Shown: positions 39,446 to 49,713 of the stretch, piece after piece
How the letters are laid out: every line of letters begins with the position of its first letter
How positions within the stretch are numbered: the first letter of the stretch is position 1
DNA from: Mesotaenium endlicherianum
Lineage: Eukaryota
NCBI GenBank assembly: GCA_009602735.1
Contig: WELA01003458.1
Location: 1 to 53,345, forward strand
Length of the DNA: 53,345 bases
Reading direction: 5' to 3'
Made by a program: the position numbers and the translations under genes
The notes under the pieces: model-generated
Told to the model about the DNA's origin: nothing
Seen by the model: only the letters and a program-made list of their open reading frames with translations
Databases searched by the model: none

Positions 39446-41740
39446 ATGGCAACAAGTACTAAAAAGACCCCTGCGAAGACTACAGGCAAGGCAGCCAGCA
39501 AAGCTGCTGTGAAAAAGACCGGGGGTGCCACCAAAAAAACTGCCGGTAACTTCGATATATATGCCGGGCTTGAACAATATTTCGGGTTCCGTGAATTCAA
39601 AGGAAAGCAGGAAGAAGCCATCAACAGCCTCTTATCCGGACAAGATACTTTTGTGATCATGCCCACCGGTGGTGGCAAAAGTTTATGTTACCAACTGCCG
39701 GCCATGCTCTTGCCGGGATGTGCCATTGTTGTTTCTCCCCTCATCGCCCTCATGAAAAACCAGGTTGACCTGGTGAGAGGTTACAGTGAAAAAGATGAAG
39801 TGGCGCATTTCCTCAATTCATCACTCAATAAAGGCCAGATCAAGGAAGTAAAAGACGACCTCGACAACGGTAAGACCAAATTATTGTATGTAGCCCCTGA
39901 AACACTCACCAAACAGGAGAACCTGGAATATTTCAGCGACCTCGATATTTCTTTTTTTGCAGTAGATGAAGCGCACTGTATTTCAGAATGGGGCCATGAT
40001 TTCAGACCCGAATATCGCCGCCTGCGGGAGATGATGGACATCATCAATCCCAATGTGCCGGTGGTAGCGCTTACCGCTACCGCTACGCCCAAAGTGCAGA
40101 GCGATATTGTAAAGAACCTGGGATTACGCAATCCAAATATTTTCATTTCTTCTTTTAACCGGCCCAACCTCTATTACGAGATACTGCCCAAGATCAAAAT
40201 GGACCAGACCGTAAAGAGCATCGTTAAGTTCATCAGTCAGCATAAAGGCAAGAGCGGTATCATTTATACTCTCAATCGCAAAACCACTGAAGAACTGGCT
40301 GCCCTGCTCGTGGCCAATAATATCAAAGCCGTGGCCTATCATGCCGGGCTTGACCAGAAATTGCGTGCCGACAGGCAAGACCAGTTCCTCAATGAAGATG
40401 TGCAGGTGATCGTTGCCACGATTGCTTTCGGTATGGGTATCGATAAACCCGATATCCGTTTTGTGATCCATTTCAACATCCCCAAATCGATTGAAAATTA
40501 TTACCAGGAAACCGGTCGCGCAGGAAGGGACGGACTGGAAGGTTTATGTATTCTTTATTACTCACATAAAGATGTTGCCAAGCTCGAACACCTCATGCGC
40601 GATAAACCTTTGAGCGAGCGGGAAGTAGGCGGACAGCTAATTGATGAAACGGTAGCGTACGCCGAGAGTTCCGTGTGCCGCCGCAAAATATTGCTCCATT
40701 ATTTTGGTGAAGGCTGGGATACAAAGAACTGCGGCAACTGCGATAACTGCCGCAACCCCAAAGAAAAGATAGAAGCGAAGGAAGAAGTGGTGAAAATACT
40801 AAAAGTGATCAGCGCACTCGACGAACGCTTTGCCACCGACTATGTGGTAGGTGTAACGATGGGTAAGCTTACACCGCAGATGACCATGTTCAGGCACGAC
40901 GGACTGGAAGTATTTGGTATAGGAAAGGATAAAGAACCACATTTCTGGAACAGCCTCATCCGGCAGATGATGCTCGAGAACCTGATCCGCAAAGACATTG
41001 AAGAGTATGGGCTGTTGAAGATCACAGAAAAAGGCGAAAAATTCCTGAAGAAGCCTGCGTCTTTCAAGATCGTGCTCAACAATTTGTTCGAAGATGCCAA
41101 TGCCGATGATGAAGAAGGCGATGGCAATGCACAGGCTGGCGCTGCAACCGACGAAAAGCTGTTTGAAATGCTGAAAGAGCTGCGCCAGAAAGAAGCCAAG
41201 AAAAAAAGCCTGCCACCCTTTGTCATTTTCCTGGAAACTTCTTTGCAGGATATGGCTACGCTATACCCCACCACATTGGGCGAACTGGAAAAATGCCAGG
41301 GCGTGAGCAAGGGAAAAGCATTGAAATATGGTAAGCCCTTTGTTGAGATGATCGCCAGGCATGTGGAAGAGAACGACATCGTGAAGCCGGATGATTTTGT
41401 AATGAAAAGCGTGGTGAATGCAGGCAACAACAAGATCTATATCATCCAGAACGTAGATAAAAAAATACCGCTGGAAACCATTGCCAAAAACAAGAGCCTG
41501 CGCCTGGATGAGTTGCTCGAAGAAATGGAAACCATTGCCGCCAGCGGCACCAAACTCAATCTCGATTATGCCATCGACGAGTGGCTCGATGAATACGAAC
41601 AGGAAGACATCATCGAATATTTCAAAGGTTGCGAAACATCTTCCTTGCAGATTGCCCAGCAGGAATTAAGTGAAAACGACTTCACCTGGGAGCAACTCAA
41701 GATCATGCGCATCAAGTTCCTGAGCGTTTACGGCAACTAA
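39446..41740 (+). CDS. recQ: ATP-dependent DNA helicase RecQ
   Basis: [38 protein letters not shown], Zn motif [13 protein letters not shown] and HRDC regions. Confidence 0.97.
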   Translation: MATSTKKTPAKTTGKAASKAAVKKTGGATKKTAGNFDIYAGLEQYFGFREFKGKQEEAINSLLSGQDTFVIMPTGGGKSLCYQLPAMLLPGCAIVVSPLIALMKNQVDLVRGYSEKDEVAHFLNSSLNKGQIKEVKDDLDNGKTKLLYVAPETLTKQENLEYFSDLDISFFAVDEAHCISEWGHDFRPEYRRLREMMDIINPNVPVVALTATATPKVQSDIVKNLGLRNPNIFISSFNRPNLYYEILPKIKMDQTVKSIVKFISQHKGKSGIIYTLNRKTTEELAALLVANNIKAVAYHAGLDQKLRADRQDQFLNEDVQVIVATIAFGMGIDKPDIRFVIHFNIPKSIENYYQETGRAGRDGLEGLCILYYSHKDVAKLEHLMRDKPLSEREVGGQLIDETVAYAESSVCRRKILLHYFGEGWDTKNCGNCDNCRNPKEKIEAKEEVVKILKVISALDERFATDYVVGVTMGKLTPQMTMFRHDGLEVFGIGKDKEPHFWNSLIRQMMLENLIRKDIEEYGLLKITEKGEKFLKKPASFKIVLNNLFEDANADDEEGDGNAQAGAATDEKLFEMLKELRQKEAKKKSLPPFVIFLETSLQDMATLYPTTLGELEKCQGVSKGKALKYGKPFVEMIARHVEENDIVKPDDFVMKSVVNAGNNKIYIIQNVDKKIPLETIAKNKSLRLDELLEEMETIAASGTKLNLDYAIDEWLDEYEQEDIIEYFKGCETSSLQIAQQELSENDFTWEQLKIMRIKFLSVYGN

Positions 41741-41741
41741 T

Positions 41742-42398
41742 TCAAGCGTTGCCTTCTTTGTCTTTATTATAATGAAATAACAAAGCGCCCGAAGGACACT
41801 GTTCAACCTGTTGCTTGATGCGTTCTGCGCTGGCGCCATCTACATTCACCCATTTCTTTTGGCGTGGATCAAACACTTGTAACAGTTGTTTCCAGCAACG
41901 GGTAGAATGCTGGCAGTAGCCGGGTTTCCAATCTACAGTTATTTCATCATTGCTGTACTTGACTGTTTTTTCACCCGGCGTGTCGCGGAAAACAAAAGTT
42001 CGCACTTTGGTATTCCCTTCAAGGATTTTTGAAACAGGACAACGGCTGGCGATCTCCTGTAGTTTTGTTTTTGTTTCTTCCGATACCGTCCCTTCAAACA
42101 CAATATCACGATCGATGGTGGTAACCAGTTCTTCATTCTGTATTTCCTGGAAAAGATTGGCATTCACACGTATCGCGGGTATGTCCAACCCTTTCCTTTC
42201 AATATACATGCGCAGGGTAACCAGTGTGCAGGATGCCAGCGAAGACAGTAACAGGGTAAAAGGATCCGGCCCCAGATCCTTCCCACCCGATGATTCAGGC
42301 TCATCTGCAATAAACTTCCCGTTACGCCATTCAATGGTACACTGATATTTTTCGGTACCGATGCGGCCATGAACCGGTTCTTCTAATTTGTATTTCAT
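41742..42398 (-). CDS. OsmC-like domain fused to a divergent 4Fe-4S (YjdI-like) domain
   Basis: ADEP...GG.DLGP.P..LL..SLASC and RCPV (OsmC); CQHSTRCW..L..VFDP..K.W and CPSGAL (ferredoxin-like). Confidence 0.85.
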   Translation of the reverse strand: MKYKLEEPVHGRIGTEKYQCTIEWRNGKFIADEPESSGGKDLGPDPFTLLLSSLASCTLVTLRMYIERKGLDIPAIRVNANLFQEIQNEELVTTIDRDIVFEGTVSEETKTKLQEIASRCPVSKILEGNTKVRTFVFRDTPGEKTVKYSNDEITVDWKPGYCQHSTRCWKQLLQVFDPRQKKWVNVDGASAERIKQQVEQCPSGALLFHYNKDKEGNA

Positions 42399-42541
42399 AG
42401 GGGTTCATTTTCTTAAAAATAAACTTAATTACCGGTATATTAATCCGTATTAGAATTAATCCGGCGCGCTTACATTTTCCTTAAAATGCAATATATTCAT
42501 GGCTCCATTTTCTATCAAAAAACGCCTAACGACAAAGCAAA

Positions 42542-44044
42542 ATGAAAAAGAGAACCAACAACAAACCTCAGGATGGCAGCGCCAATGATTCCAGGAGAAA
42601 ATTCCTGCGTAACAGCGCTACTGCACTGGCCGGCTTTTACATTCTTCCCCGCCATGTATTGGGTGGAACAGGTTATACCGCCCCCAGCGACAAATTAATC
42701 ATTGCCGGCGTTGGCGCTGGCGGTAAAGGTGAAAGCGACCTCTGGAATTTTTACCAGAGTGGAAAAGCTGAAATCGCCGTCCTTTGCGATGTAGACGAAA
42801 GACAATTCAAAAAAAGCCGCGAACGCTACCCTAAAGCGAAGATCTACAAAGATTACCGCGAGATGCTCGAAAAAGAGGGCAAAAACGTCGATGCTGTATC
42901 CGTTTCAACACCCGACCATATGCACGCTGTGATTGCCATGGCTGCCATGCAACTGAATAAGCACGTATACGTGCAAAAACCGCTTACACACGATATCTAT
43001 GAAGCGCGCAAGCTCACTGAAGCTGCCCACCGTTACAAAGTGGTTACACAAATGGGTAACCAGGGCGCTTCGGGCGATGGTGTTCGTCAACTGGTTGAAT
43101 GGTACAATGCCGGCTTATTAGGCCACGTGCACACGATTTATTGTTATACCGACAGGCCCGTATGGCCACAAGGCATAGCCTGGTCTGCACAGAAACCGCC
43201 AATTCCCAAAGAGCTCGACTGGAACCTCTGGCAGGGCACTGCTCCTTATAAAGATTATGTAGAAGGGCTCGTTCCTTTCAACTGGCGTGGCTGGTGGGAT
43301 TACGGTACCGGCGCCCTCGGCGATATGGCTTGTCATATTATGGCACCTGCTTTCGCTGTATTGAACCTGGGCTATCCCGTATCGGCAGAATGCAGCGTGG
43401 CTACCCGTTATGTAGAGCCCTGGAAAAAGGCTTTCTATCCCGAATCAGGTCCTGTATCATCTCATATCATCCTTACATTCAAAGGAGAAAAGGGCAAACC
43501 TGATGTGAAACTGCATTGGATGGATGGTGGTATACAACCCGAACGTCCGCCAGAATTAGGACCCAATGAAGTAATGGGCGATGGCGGTAATGGAGCCATC
43601 TTCATCGGTACCAAAGGCAAGATGATGTGCGCTACCTATGGTAAAGACCCACAACTGTTACCAACCTCACGTACCAACCAGGTAAAAGTTGCGAAAACGC
43701 TGGCGCGTGTGCCCAATGGAGACAATGGTCACTATGCCGCCTGGGTAGAAGCTGCTATTGCAGGTTATAACAGTGAAAAAGCCAACAACCTCAGTTCTCA
43801 TTTCGATATCGCAGGTCCGCTTACCGAAAGCGTATTGATGGGTAACCTGGCCATACGCAGTTACGATATCCAACACAAAGAGAAAAAGGTAGATGGTAAC
43901 GGTAAAGAAAGAGAGAATATCACCTATCCCGGCCGTTATATCAAGTTGATGTGGGATGGTCCGAATATGCGTATCACCAATTTCGACGAAGCCAACCAGT
44001 TTGTGAAGAGAAGTTACAGGGAAGGCTGGTCATTAGGTGTATAA
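42542..44044 (+). CDS. Tat-exported Gfo/Idh/MocA oxidoreductase
   Basis: SRRKFL signal, GVGAGGKG, STPDHMH, VQKPL, GALGDMACH. Confidence 0.93.
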   Translation: MKKRTNNKPQDGSANDSRRKFLRNSATALAGFYILPRHVLGGTGYTAPSDKLIIAGVGAGGKGESDLWNFYQSGKAEIAVLCDVDERQFKKSRERYPKAKIYKDYREMLEKEGKNVDAVSVSTPDHMHAVIAMAAMQLNKHVYVQKPLTHDIYEARKLTEAAHRYKVVTQMGNQGASGDGVRQLVEWYNAGLLGHVHTIYCYTDRPVWPQGIAWSAQKPPIPKELDWNLWQGTAPYKDYVEGLVPFNWRGWWDYGTGALGDMACHIMAPAFAVLNLGYPVSAECSVATRYVEPWKKAFYPESGPVSSHIILTFKGEKGKPDVKLHWMDGGIQPERPPELGPNEVMGDGGNGAIFIGTKGKMMCATYGKDPQLLPTSRTNQVKVAKTLARVPNGDNGHYAAWVEAAIAGYNSEKANNLSSHFDIAGPLTESVLMGNLAIRSYDIQHKEKKVDGNGKERENITYPGRYIKLMWDGPNMRITNFDEANQFVKRSYREGWSLGV

Positions 44045-44058
44045 CATTAGTAATGCAT

Positions 44059-44100
44059 AAAAGAAGAGGCCGGTAATTTAATCACCGGCCTCTTTTATTT
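44059..44100. terminator. Bidirectional rho-independent terminator
   Basis: aagaggccggt / accggcctctt stem flanked by A and T tracts between convergent genes. Confidence 0.85.
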
Positions 44101-44115
44101 AAACAACGCGTTAAT

Positions 44116-44988
44116 TTAAATGGCGAACGCTTTCATGTATTTCGCATCAGCCGCAGCGCTATCCAGCGGGTTGCTTCCGGTGAAAGCTTCCTGCTCTACA
44201 ATATAGTTCCGCAATCCGTTGGCAGTACCTACTTTCAGTATCGAGTGAAAATCAATGGTACCCTTACCCAATTGAACAGATTCATGTCCATTGGCTGTTT
44301 TAGCATAATCTTTTACATGACAAAGACGGAAACGGTTGGGATGCTTTTTAAACCATGCTTCGGGGCTTTCGCCGGCAGCCACTACCCAGTAAATATCCAT
44401 TTCAAAATCTACCAGGTCCTTATCGGTATTATTCATCATCACTTCCTGCGGCAATTGACCCTCTACAGGCCTGAATGAATAATCGTGGTTGTGGTAAGCG
44501 AAACGGAGGCCGTTCTTTTTACATATCTCACCCGCTTTATTGAACTCATCGGCAAATTTTTTGAATTGGTCGATGCTCTTCTGCGGTCCTTTATACGGAC
44601 AGATCAGGTATTTCATACCGATCTCTGCCGCTTCAGCAGCCTTTTTTTCAAAGTCTGTCGAGATATTGCAATGAGAAGAAATGATGCGCGTACCCAAACC
44701 ATCCAGGTATTTTTTAAAATCTTTATTACTCATCCCCCAAAACATACCGCTCTTGCCTTCGAAGCTTTCTATTTGTTTGTAACCGTAAGAAGCCACTTTT
44801 TTCAAAGTGCCTTTCGCATCCCGGGCCATGTCTTCTTTTACAGTCCACAGCTGAAGACCGAATGCATTCAGCTTTTTGGAAGCGGCAAAGCTTTCGATCA
44901 AAGAAGATTTCCCTTTAAATGGCAGTGCTAATCCCAGTGCAGCAAATGCGCCGCCCCTTAAAAAATCCCGCCTGCTAGACGATGACAT
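44116..44988 (-). CDS. Tat-exported sugar phosphate isomerase/epimerase (TIM barrel)
   Basis: SRRDFL signal, GLQLWTV, YHNHDYSF, EMDIYW, HVKD, VEQE. Confidence 0.92.
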   Translation of the reverse strand: MSSSSRRDFLRGGAFAALGLALPFKGKSSLIESFAASKKLNAFGLQLWTVKEDMARDAKGTLKKVASYGYKQIESFEGKSGMFWGMSNKDFKKYLDGLGTRIISSHCNISTDFEKKAAEAAEIGMKYLICPYKGPQKSIDQFKKFADEFNKAGEICKKNGLRFAYHNHDYSFRPVEGQLPQEVMMNNTDKDLVDFEMDIYWVVAAGESPEAWFKKHPNRFRLCHVKDYAKTANGHESVQLGKGTIDFHSILKVGTANGLRNYIVEQEAFTGSNPLDSAAADAKYMKAFAI

Positions 44989-45033
44989 ACTATTGATTTA
45001 AGAGTTAATAATTCCAGATCCGAACAATCCACA

Positions 45034-45067
45034 TTGTCGAATTTTCAAATTGCCTAATTGTCAAATT
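45034..45067. repeat. Short 8-bp tandem repeat (TTkyCrAA-like, 4 units)
   Basis: ttgtcgaa ttttcaaa ttgcctaa ttgtcaaa tt in the intergenic gap. Confidence 0.55.
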
Positions 45068-45069
45068 AA

Positions 45070-45642
45070 CTAGGTTGCCCAGGCCTTATCTCCTTTCTTA
45101 TAAGGAATACAGCCTTCGTATTTACCGGGAACGGCCACATAGCGCAAAGCTTGTTTGGCGCCTATTTCCGATGTAAAGTAACCCCAGAGGGTCAGTTCTT
45201 TCATCATACGGAAATAGTGGGTAGGATCTTCTTTCTTCTTGCTCTTCTGGTAATCTTTCTGTTCTTTGTCCAGCGCTACCAAAAGGTTGTGGCGTTGTTC
45301 GGGCGTGCTTTCCATGAAAGATTTGCTGTTCATTTTCTTGCTCGCTTCATCCAGCTTCTTCAGGCCTTCCATGAAAGTCGTCTGGTCTTTGGGCTCATAA
45401 CAATCCCTTACGATAACTGTCATGAAATCGCCCACTTTAGCGGCTTTGGCGCCGGGTGTGCTGGTAGCAGGAAGAATGGTCTCGGCTACTTCATTCAGAA
45501 AACTCACATCATCTGCAGAGAAACTAACGGCGCCTGCTTCTGTTGTGCTTTTGGTTTTACAGCCCGACAAAAAAGCTTCCGCACCGAGGATGGTGCCTCC
45601 TAGCAGTAATGCTACACTGGATATGGCTTCTCTTCTGTTCAT
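45070..45642 (-). CDS. Gluconate-2-dehydrogenase subunit 3 family (Tat small subunit)
   Basis: NRREAI signal, ETILP.T.TPGA, KELTLWGYFTSEIG, VPGKYEG. Confidence 0.92.
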   Translation of the reverse strand: MNRREAISSVALLLGGTILGAEAFLSGCKTKSTTEAGAVSFSADDVSFLNEVAETILPATSTPGAKAAKVGDFMTVIVRDCYEPKDQTTFMEGLKKLDEASKKMNSKSFMESTPEQRHNLLVALDKEQKDYQKSKKKEDPTHYFRMMKELTLWGYFTSEIGAKQALRYVAVPGKYEGCIPYKKGDKAWAT

Positions 45643-45666
45643 TGCTTAATTTTTTTAGTTGATCGT

Positions 45667-47346
45667 TTATAGATTCTGTTTTTTCAATTCAGATACGGCA
45701 TGATCGACTGCCCTGGCGGTGAACGCCATATAGGTCAGTGATGGGTTCACGCAAGCTGCGGAAACCATGAAAGAACCATCCGTTACATACACGTTGGGAG
45801 CATCCCAAACCTGGTTGTATTTATTCAATACGGATGTCTTCGGATCGGCGCCCATACGTGCAGTACCCATCTCATGGATACCACGTCCGGGAGTACCATC
45901 GCCATCACGTCCTTTCACGTCTTTCACACCGGCTGCTTCCAGCATTTCAATGGCGTCCTGCAGCATGTCTTTGCGCATCTTCAGCTCATTCTCTTTCAAT
46001 TCGCAATCGATGGCCAGTACATTCAGACCCCATTTGTCTTTCTTGGTTTTGTCCAGCGTTACTTTGTTTTCGTGATAAGGCAGTATCTCACCGAAGCCGC
46101 CGATACCCATTGACCATGGACCCGGTTCGGTCAACGCATCTTTGTATGCACCACCGATACTCAGTTCAGCGATCTCGCGGCCATAACCCTGGCGGCTGGC
46201 GCCTCCCTGGTAACCGAAGCCTCGCAGGTAATCGCGCTTATCGCCAAACAGGTTGCGGTAACGGGGTATGTAAATACCGTTGGCACGGCGACCGAAATAA
46301 TATTTGTCTTCGTATCCGTCTACATGTCCGCCTGCACCCACACCCAGGTGATGGTCCATCAGGTTGTGACCCAGCTCTCCGCTGCTGCTGCCCAATCCGT
46401 CGGGCCATACATCGGTGGCAGAGTTCATCAGTACCCAGGCTGAATTCAAGGTAGAAGCATTCAGGAAAACGATCTTTGAGTTGAATACATAAGTCTTGTT
46501 GGTTTCTGCATCAAGTACTTCTACTCCGGTAGCCCTTTTCTTGTCCTTATCGTACAGTATCTTGGTAACGATAGACCAGGGACGGAGTGTTAACCTGCCC
46601 GTTTTCATAGCGGCGGGCAGTGTGGCAGACTGTGTACTGAAATAACCGCCGAACGGACAACCCAGCCAGCATTTGTTCCTGAACTGGCAGTTGGTTCTAC
46701 CTTCATGTGGTACTGTAATATTAGCAGTACGGCCAATGATCATAGCGCGCTGGCCTTTATAATAATCTTTCATCCTGGCCGAGACATCTTTCTCCACACA
46801 GTTCATTTCCATCGCCGGCATGAACTGGCCATCGGGCAATTGTGCAAGACCATCCCTGCTACCGCTGATTCCCGCAAATTTCTCTGCGTAATCGTACCAG
46901 GGTGCGATCTCTTTGTAACGAACTGGCCAATCAACAGCAATACCGTCTTTGGCATTGGCCTCAAAATCGAAATCGCTCCAGCGATAGCTCTGGCGCCCCC
47001 ACATCAGTGAACGGCCGCCCACATGATAACCGCGGAACCAGTCGAACCGCTTGATCTCTGTATAGGGACTCTCCTTGTCATTCACCCAATAATCGAGATT
47101 GGTTTCATTCAAAGGATAATCACGTTTGAGCACAGGATAGTCTTTCTCCATCTGCTGTGTTCTCCGGCCACGGTGCGGGTAATCCCATGCCTCTTTGTTG
47201 GCATTGACATAGTCTTTGATGTGCTCGATGTTGCGGCCTCTCTCCAACATCAGCACTTTAAGTCCTTTTTCAGTAAGCTCTTTGGCAGCCCATCCGCCGC
47301 TGATTCCTGAACCAACGACGATGGCATCGTAATTTTGATCGGACAT
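45667..47346 (-). CDS. GMC flavoprotein, glycoside 3-dehydrogenase-like
   Basis: VVGSGISGGWAAKEL, GGRSLMWGRQ, CQFRNKCWLGCP Fe-S motif, IHEMGTARMG, NPSLT. Confidence 0.93.
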   Translation of the reverse strand: MSDQNYDAIVVGSGISGGWAAKELTEKGLKVLMLERGRNIEHIKDYVNANKEAWDYPHRGRRTQQMEKDYPVLKRDYPLNETNLDYWVNDKESPYTEIKRFDWFRGYHVGGRSLMWGRQSYRWSDFDFEANAKDGIAVDWPVRYKEIAPWYDYAEKFAGISGSRDGLAQLPDGQFMPAMEMNCVEKDVSARMKDYYKGQRAMIIGRTANITVPHEGRTNCQFRNKCWLGCPFGGYFSTQSATLPAAMKTGRLTLRPWSIVTKILYDKDKKRATGVEVLDAETNKTYVFNSKIVFLNASTLNSAWVLMNSATDVWPDGLGSSSGELGHNLMDHHLGVGAGGHVDGYEDKYYFGRRANGIYIPRYRNLFGDKRDYLRGFGYQGGASRQGYGREIAELSIGGAYKDALTEPGPWSMGIGGFGEILPYHENKVTLDKTKKDKWGLNVLAIDCELKENELKMRKDMLQDAIEMLEAAGVKDVKGRDGDGTPGRGIHEMGTARMGADPKTSVLNKYNQVWDAPNVYVTDGSFMVSAACVNPSLTYMAFTARAVDHAVSELKKQNL

Positions 47347-47399
47347 TGTTTTAAATTTAATGATGCTTTATATAGTTACGCAGTTTAGATAGACAAAGC

Positions 47400-48293
47400 T
47401 TATACATCGCAGATTTTGATGGCCGCCCTTAAAGAACCCAGCTTATCGGCTGCAGCGGGGATGAACTCCTGTGCTACATATCCTTTGTGGCCTACACCTA
47501 CAATCGCTCTCATGATGGCAGGATAATACAATTCCTGTGATTCATCTATTTCATGCCTGCCTGGTACGCCTCCTGTATGATAATGGCCTAAGTATTGGTG
47601 GTGATCACGGATGGTGCGAATCACATCGCCTTCATCAATTTGCATGTGATAGATATCGTATAATAACTTGAAGTTGGGCGATCCGATGCGTTTGCACAAT
47701 TCCACACCCCAGTGTGTTCTGTCGCACATATAATCTTTATGGTCCACTTTGCTGTTCAACAATTCCATCTGTATGGTCACGCCTTTCTTTTCGGCCAGCC
47801 CGATGATCTGTTTCAATCCTTCGGTACAATTCTTCAGTCCTGTTTCATCATCCATTCCGTTACGGCTACCGCTGAAGCAAATCAGGTTGGTATATCCTGC
47901 CTGCGCCACCAATTCAATATGTTCTGTATAATTCTTAATAAGCGTGCCGTGGTATTGCTTATCATTCCATCCTTTGGTAAGGCTGATCTCTGCACCGTTA
48001 CACATGGTAGAGATCAGGTCGTATTTTTTTAGTGTTGCCCAGTCTTTGGGTCCCACAAGGTCTATGCCAACCAATCCTATTTCTTTTGCTGCCGCGGCCA
48101 GTTCATTCAGTTCAATACCGCCGTAACACCAGCGGCAAACAGAATGGTTGATGTTCCCTTTTAATGATGTCATACTATCTTTTTCCTTTTTTTCTGCCGG
48201 AGTGAATGCCGAAAGCGCCGGCCCCGCTGCAACGACAGCGGATCCCGCTAAAATATGCTTGATCGCTTTCCGCCTGTTTTGATCTGTAGCCAT
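47400..48293 (-). CDS. Tat-exported hydroxypyruvate isomerase-family TIM barrel protein
   Basis: NRRKAI signal, ELLNSKVDH, YDIYHMQ, HYHTGGVPGRHE, QEF. Confidence 0.92.
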   Translation of the reverse strand: MATDQNRRKAIKHILAGSAVVAAGPALSAFTPAEKKEKDSMTSLKGNINHSVCRWCYGGIELNELAAAAKEIGLVGIDLVGPKDWATLKKYDLISTMCNGAEISLTKGWNDKQYHGTLIKNYTEHIELVAQAGYTNLICFSGSRNGMDDETGLKNCTEGLKQIIGLAEKKGVTIQMELLNSKVDHKDYMCDRTHWGVELCKRIGSPNFKLLYDIYHMQIDEGDVIRTIRDHHQYLGHYHTGGVPGRHEIDESQELYYPAIMRAIVGVGHKGYVAQEFIPAAADKLGSLRAAIKICDV

Positions 48294-48323
48294 GGATAAT
48301 TTTATAAAAGAAATAGTTAATGA

Positions 48324-49595
48324 TTAAGCCAATGCAGGTTGCTTTTTTCTGCGCATATAAATGAGCAGTCCTGCAAAAGCAACAGTTAGAATAACAGGAA
48401 TGAGCAGGGTTGTGTTCAGTATTTCCGGTCCGGCCGCTTTTTTAGCCTCTGCCAAAGCAGTAGCCATCTCGGTTCCCGCGGCCGCGTCCATATAACTTTT
48501 CAGACTGGCGCCGGCAGGAAGTTTGGAAGCCAGCAATTCATCGTAACGTCCGCCCATGAACATCATATACACCGATACGGCAAACATACCGGCACCCCCC
48601 ATCAGGTTCAATCCCACCGCTCCGGTCCTGGGCAGGTTTTCTGAAACAAATCCCAGCATGGTGGGCCAGAAATAACAAACACCCATTCCAAACACCAGTG
48701 CGCCAACGAATAACATATTACCGGTGCTGTGCCCCAATAAATACAATCCCAGGGCCGACAAGATCGCCGACATCAATAACACCCCCTGCGGAGAAAACCG
48801 GTGTACCACAGGTTCGGCCAAACCGCGGCCTACGACCATTACACCTGTTTCAATAGTCAGCAACAAAATAGCGTTGTCCGATACGTTCTTCAACAATACA
48901 TCTATCCATTGGCCGGTGAACAATTCGGTAATAGCTGTACCGAACATGAGAACGATCATCAGTATAAATAATGGATTGAGCAGGGACTTATACATGTCAC
49001 CGGTAGAAATACCCTGTGCTACACGTTCTGTTACCGGGAAATTCAACTTACTGAAAAGGAACCCGTAGATCAGTGTGGGGATGATCATCAACCCAACCTG
49101 CACCTGCCAGCCGATATTCATTTTATCAAGAATAAATACCAGCAAAGTGCCAATCACAATACCGCCGGGGAACCAAAGATGGAAATGGTTCAGCTTGGTG
49201 GTCTTGTTATCGGAGAAGATGGTTGCTACCAACGGGTTACAGGCCGCTTCCACGGTACCGTTGGCAATACCTATACACAAAGTGGATATAAAAAGTGTCC
49301 AGTATCCGCCTGCAAAAATGGTAAGCAGGATACCTACTAAATGAAACACAAAAGCAACAAGCAGCAGTCGTTTCATGCCAATCACATCTACTACAAAACC
49401 ACCGATCACTACTGCCAGCGGAAAGCCCCAGAAGGCGGTAGCAGCGATAGAGCCGAGCTGTGCTGCGTTGAGCTCGAATTGTACGCCAAGTCTGCTTAAA
49501 ATACCGGCGCGAATACCAAAAGAAAGAGAGGTTACCAATAAAGCGAGGCAGCTCGCTACAAAAAGCTGGTTACGTTGGGGAATGGCTTGCGTCAT
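48324..49595 (-). CDS. MFS sugar transporter
   Basis: 12-TM pattern, D.IGMKR loop, EAACNPL, FH.WFPGG. Confidence 0.92.
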   Translation of the reverse strand: MTQAIPQRNQLFVASCLALLVTSLSFGIRAGILSRLGVQFELNAAQLGSIAATAFWGFPLAVVIGGFVVDVIGMKRLLLVAFVFHLVGILLTIFAGGYWTLFISTLCIGIANGTVEAACNPLVATIFSDNKTTKLNHFHLWFPGGIVIGTLLVFILDKMNIGWQVQVGLMIIPTLIYGFLFSKLNFPVTERVAQGISTGDMYKSLLNPLFILMIVLMFGTAITELFTGQWIDVLLKNVSDNAILLLTIETGVMVVGRGLAEPVVHRFSPQGVLLMSAILSALGLYLLGHSTGNMLFVGALVFGMGVCYFWPTMLGFVSENLPRTGAVGLNLMGGAGMFAVSVYMMFMGGRYDELLASKLPAGASLKSYMDAAAGTEMATALAEAKKAAGPEILNTTLLIPVILTVAFAGLLIYMRRKKQPALA

Positions 49596-49713
49596 CGTAG
49601 GTGGTTGTTTAAAAAAGCAGCTAAATGTAGATTTTTATTTTCAAAGTCAGTGTAAAAAATACACTTGTTTCAAATTTTTTTTACCAGTTTTACAGCAAGC
49701 AAAAGCAAAACAA

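Noticed and set aside
49375..49713. 113-aa N-terminal extension of the Gfo/Idh/MocA ORF
   Set aside because: It overlaps the divergent MFS gene; the Rossmann motif begins right after ATG 49714.
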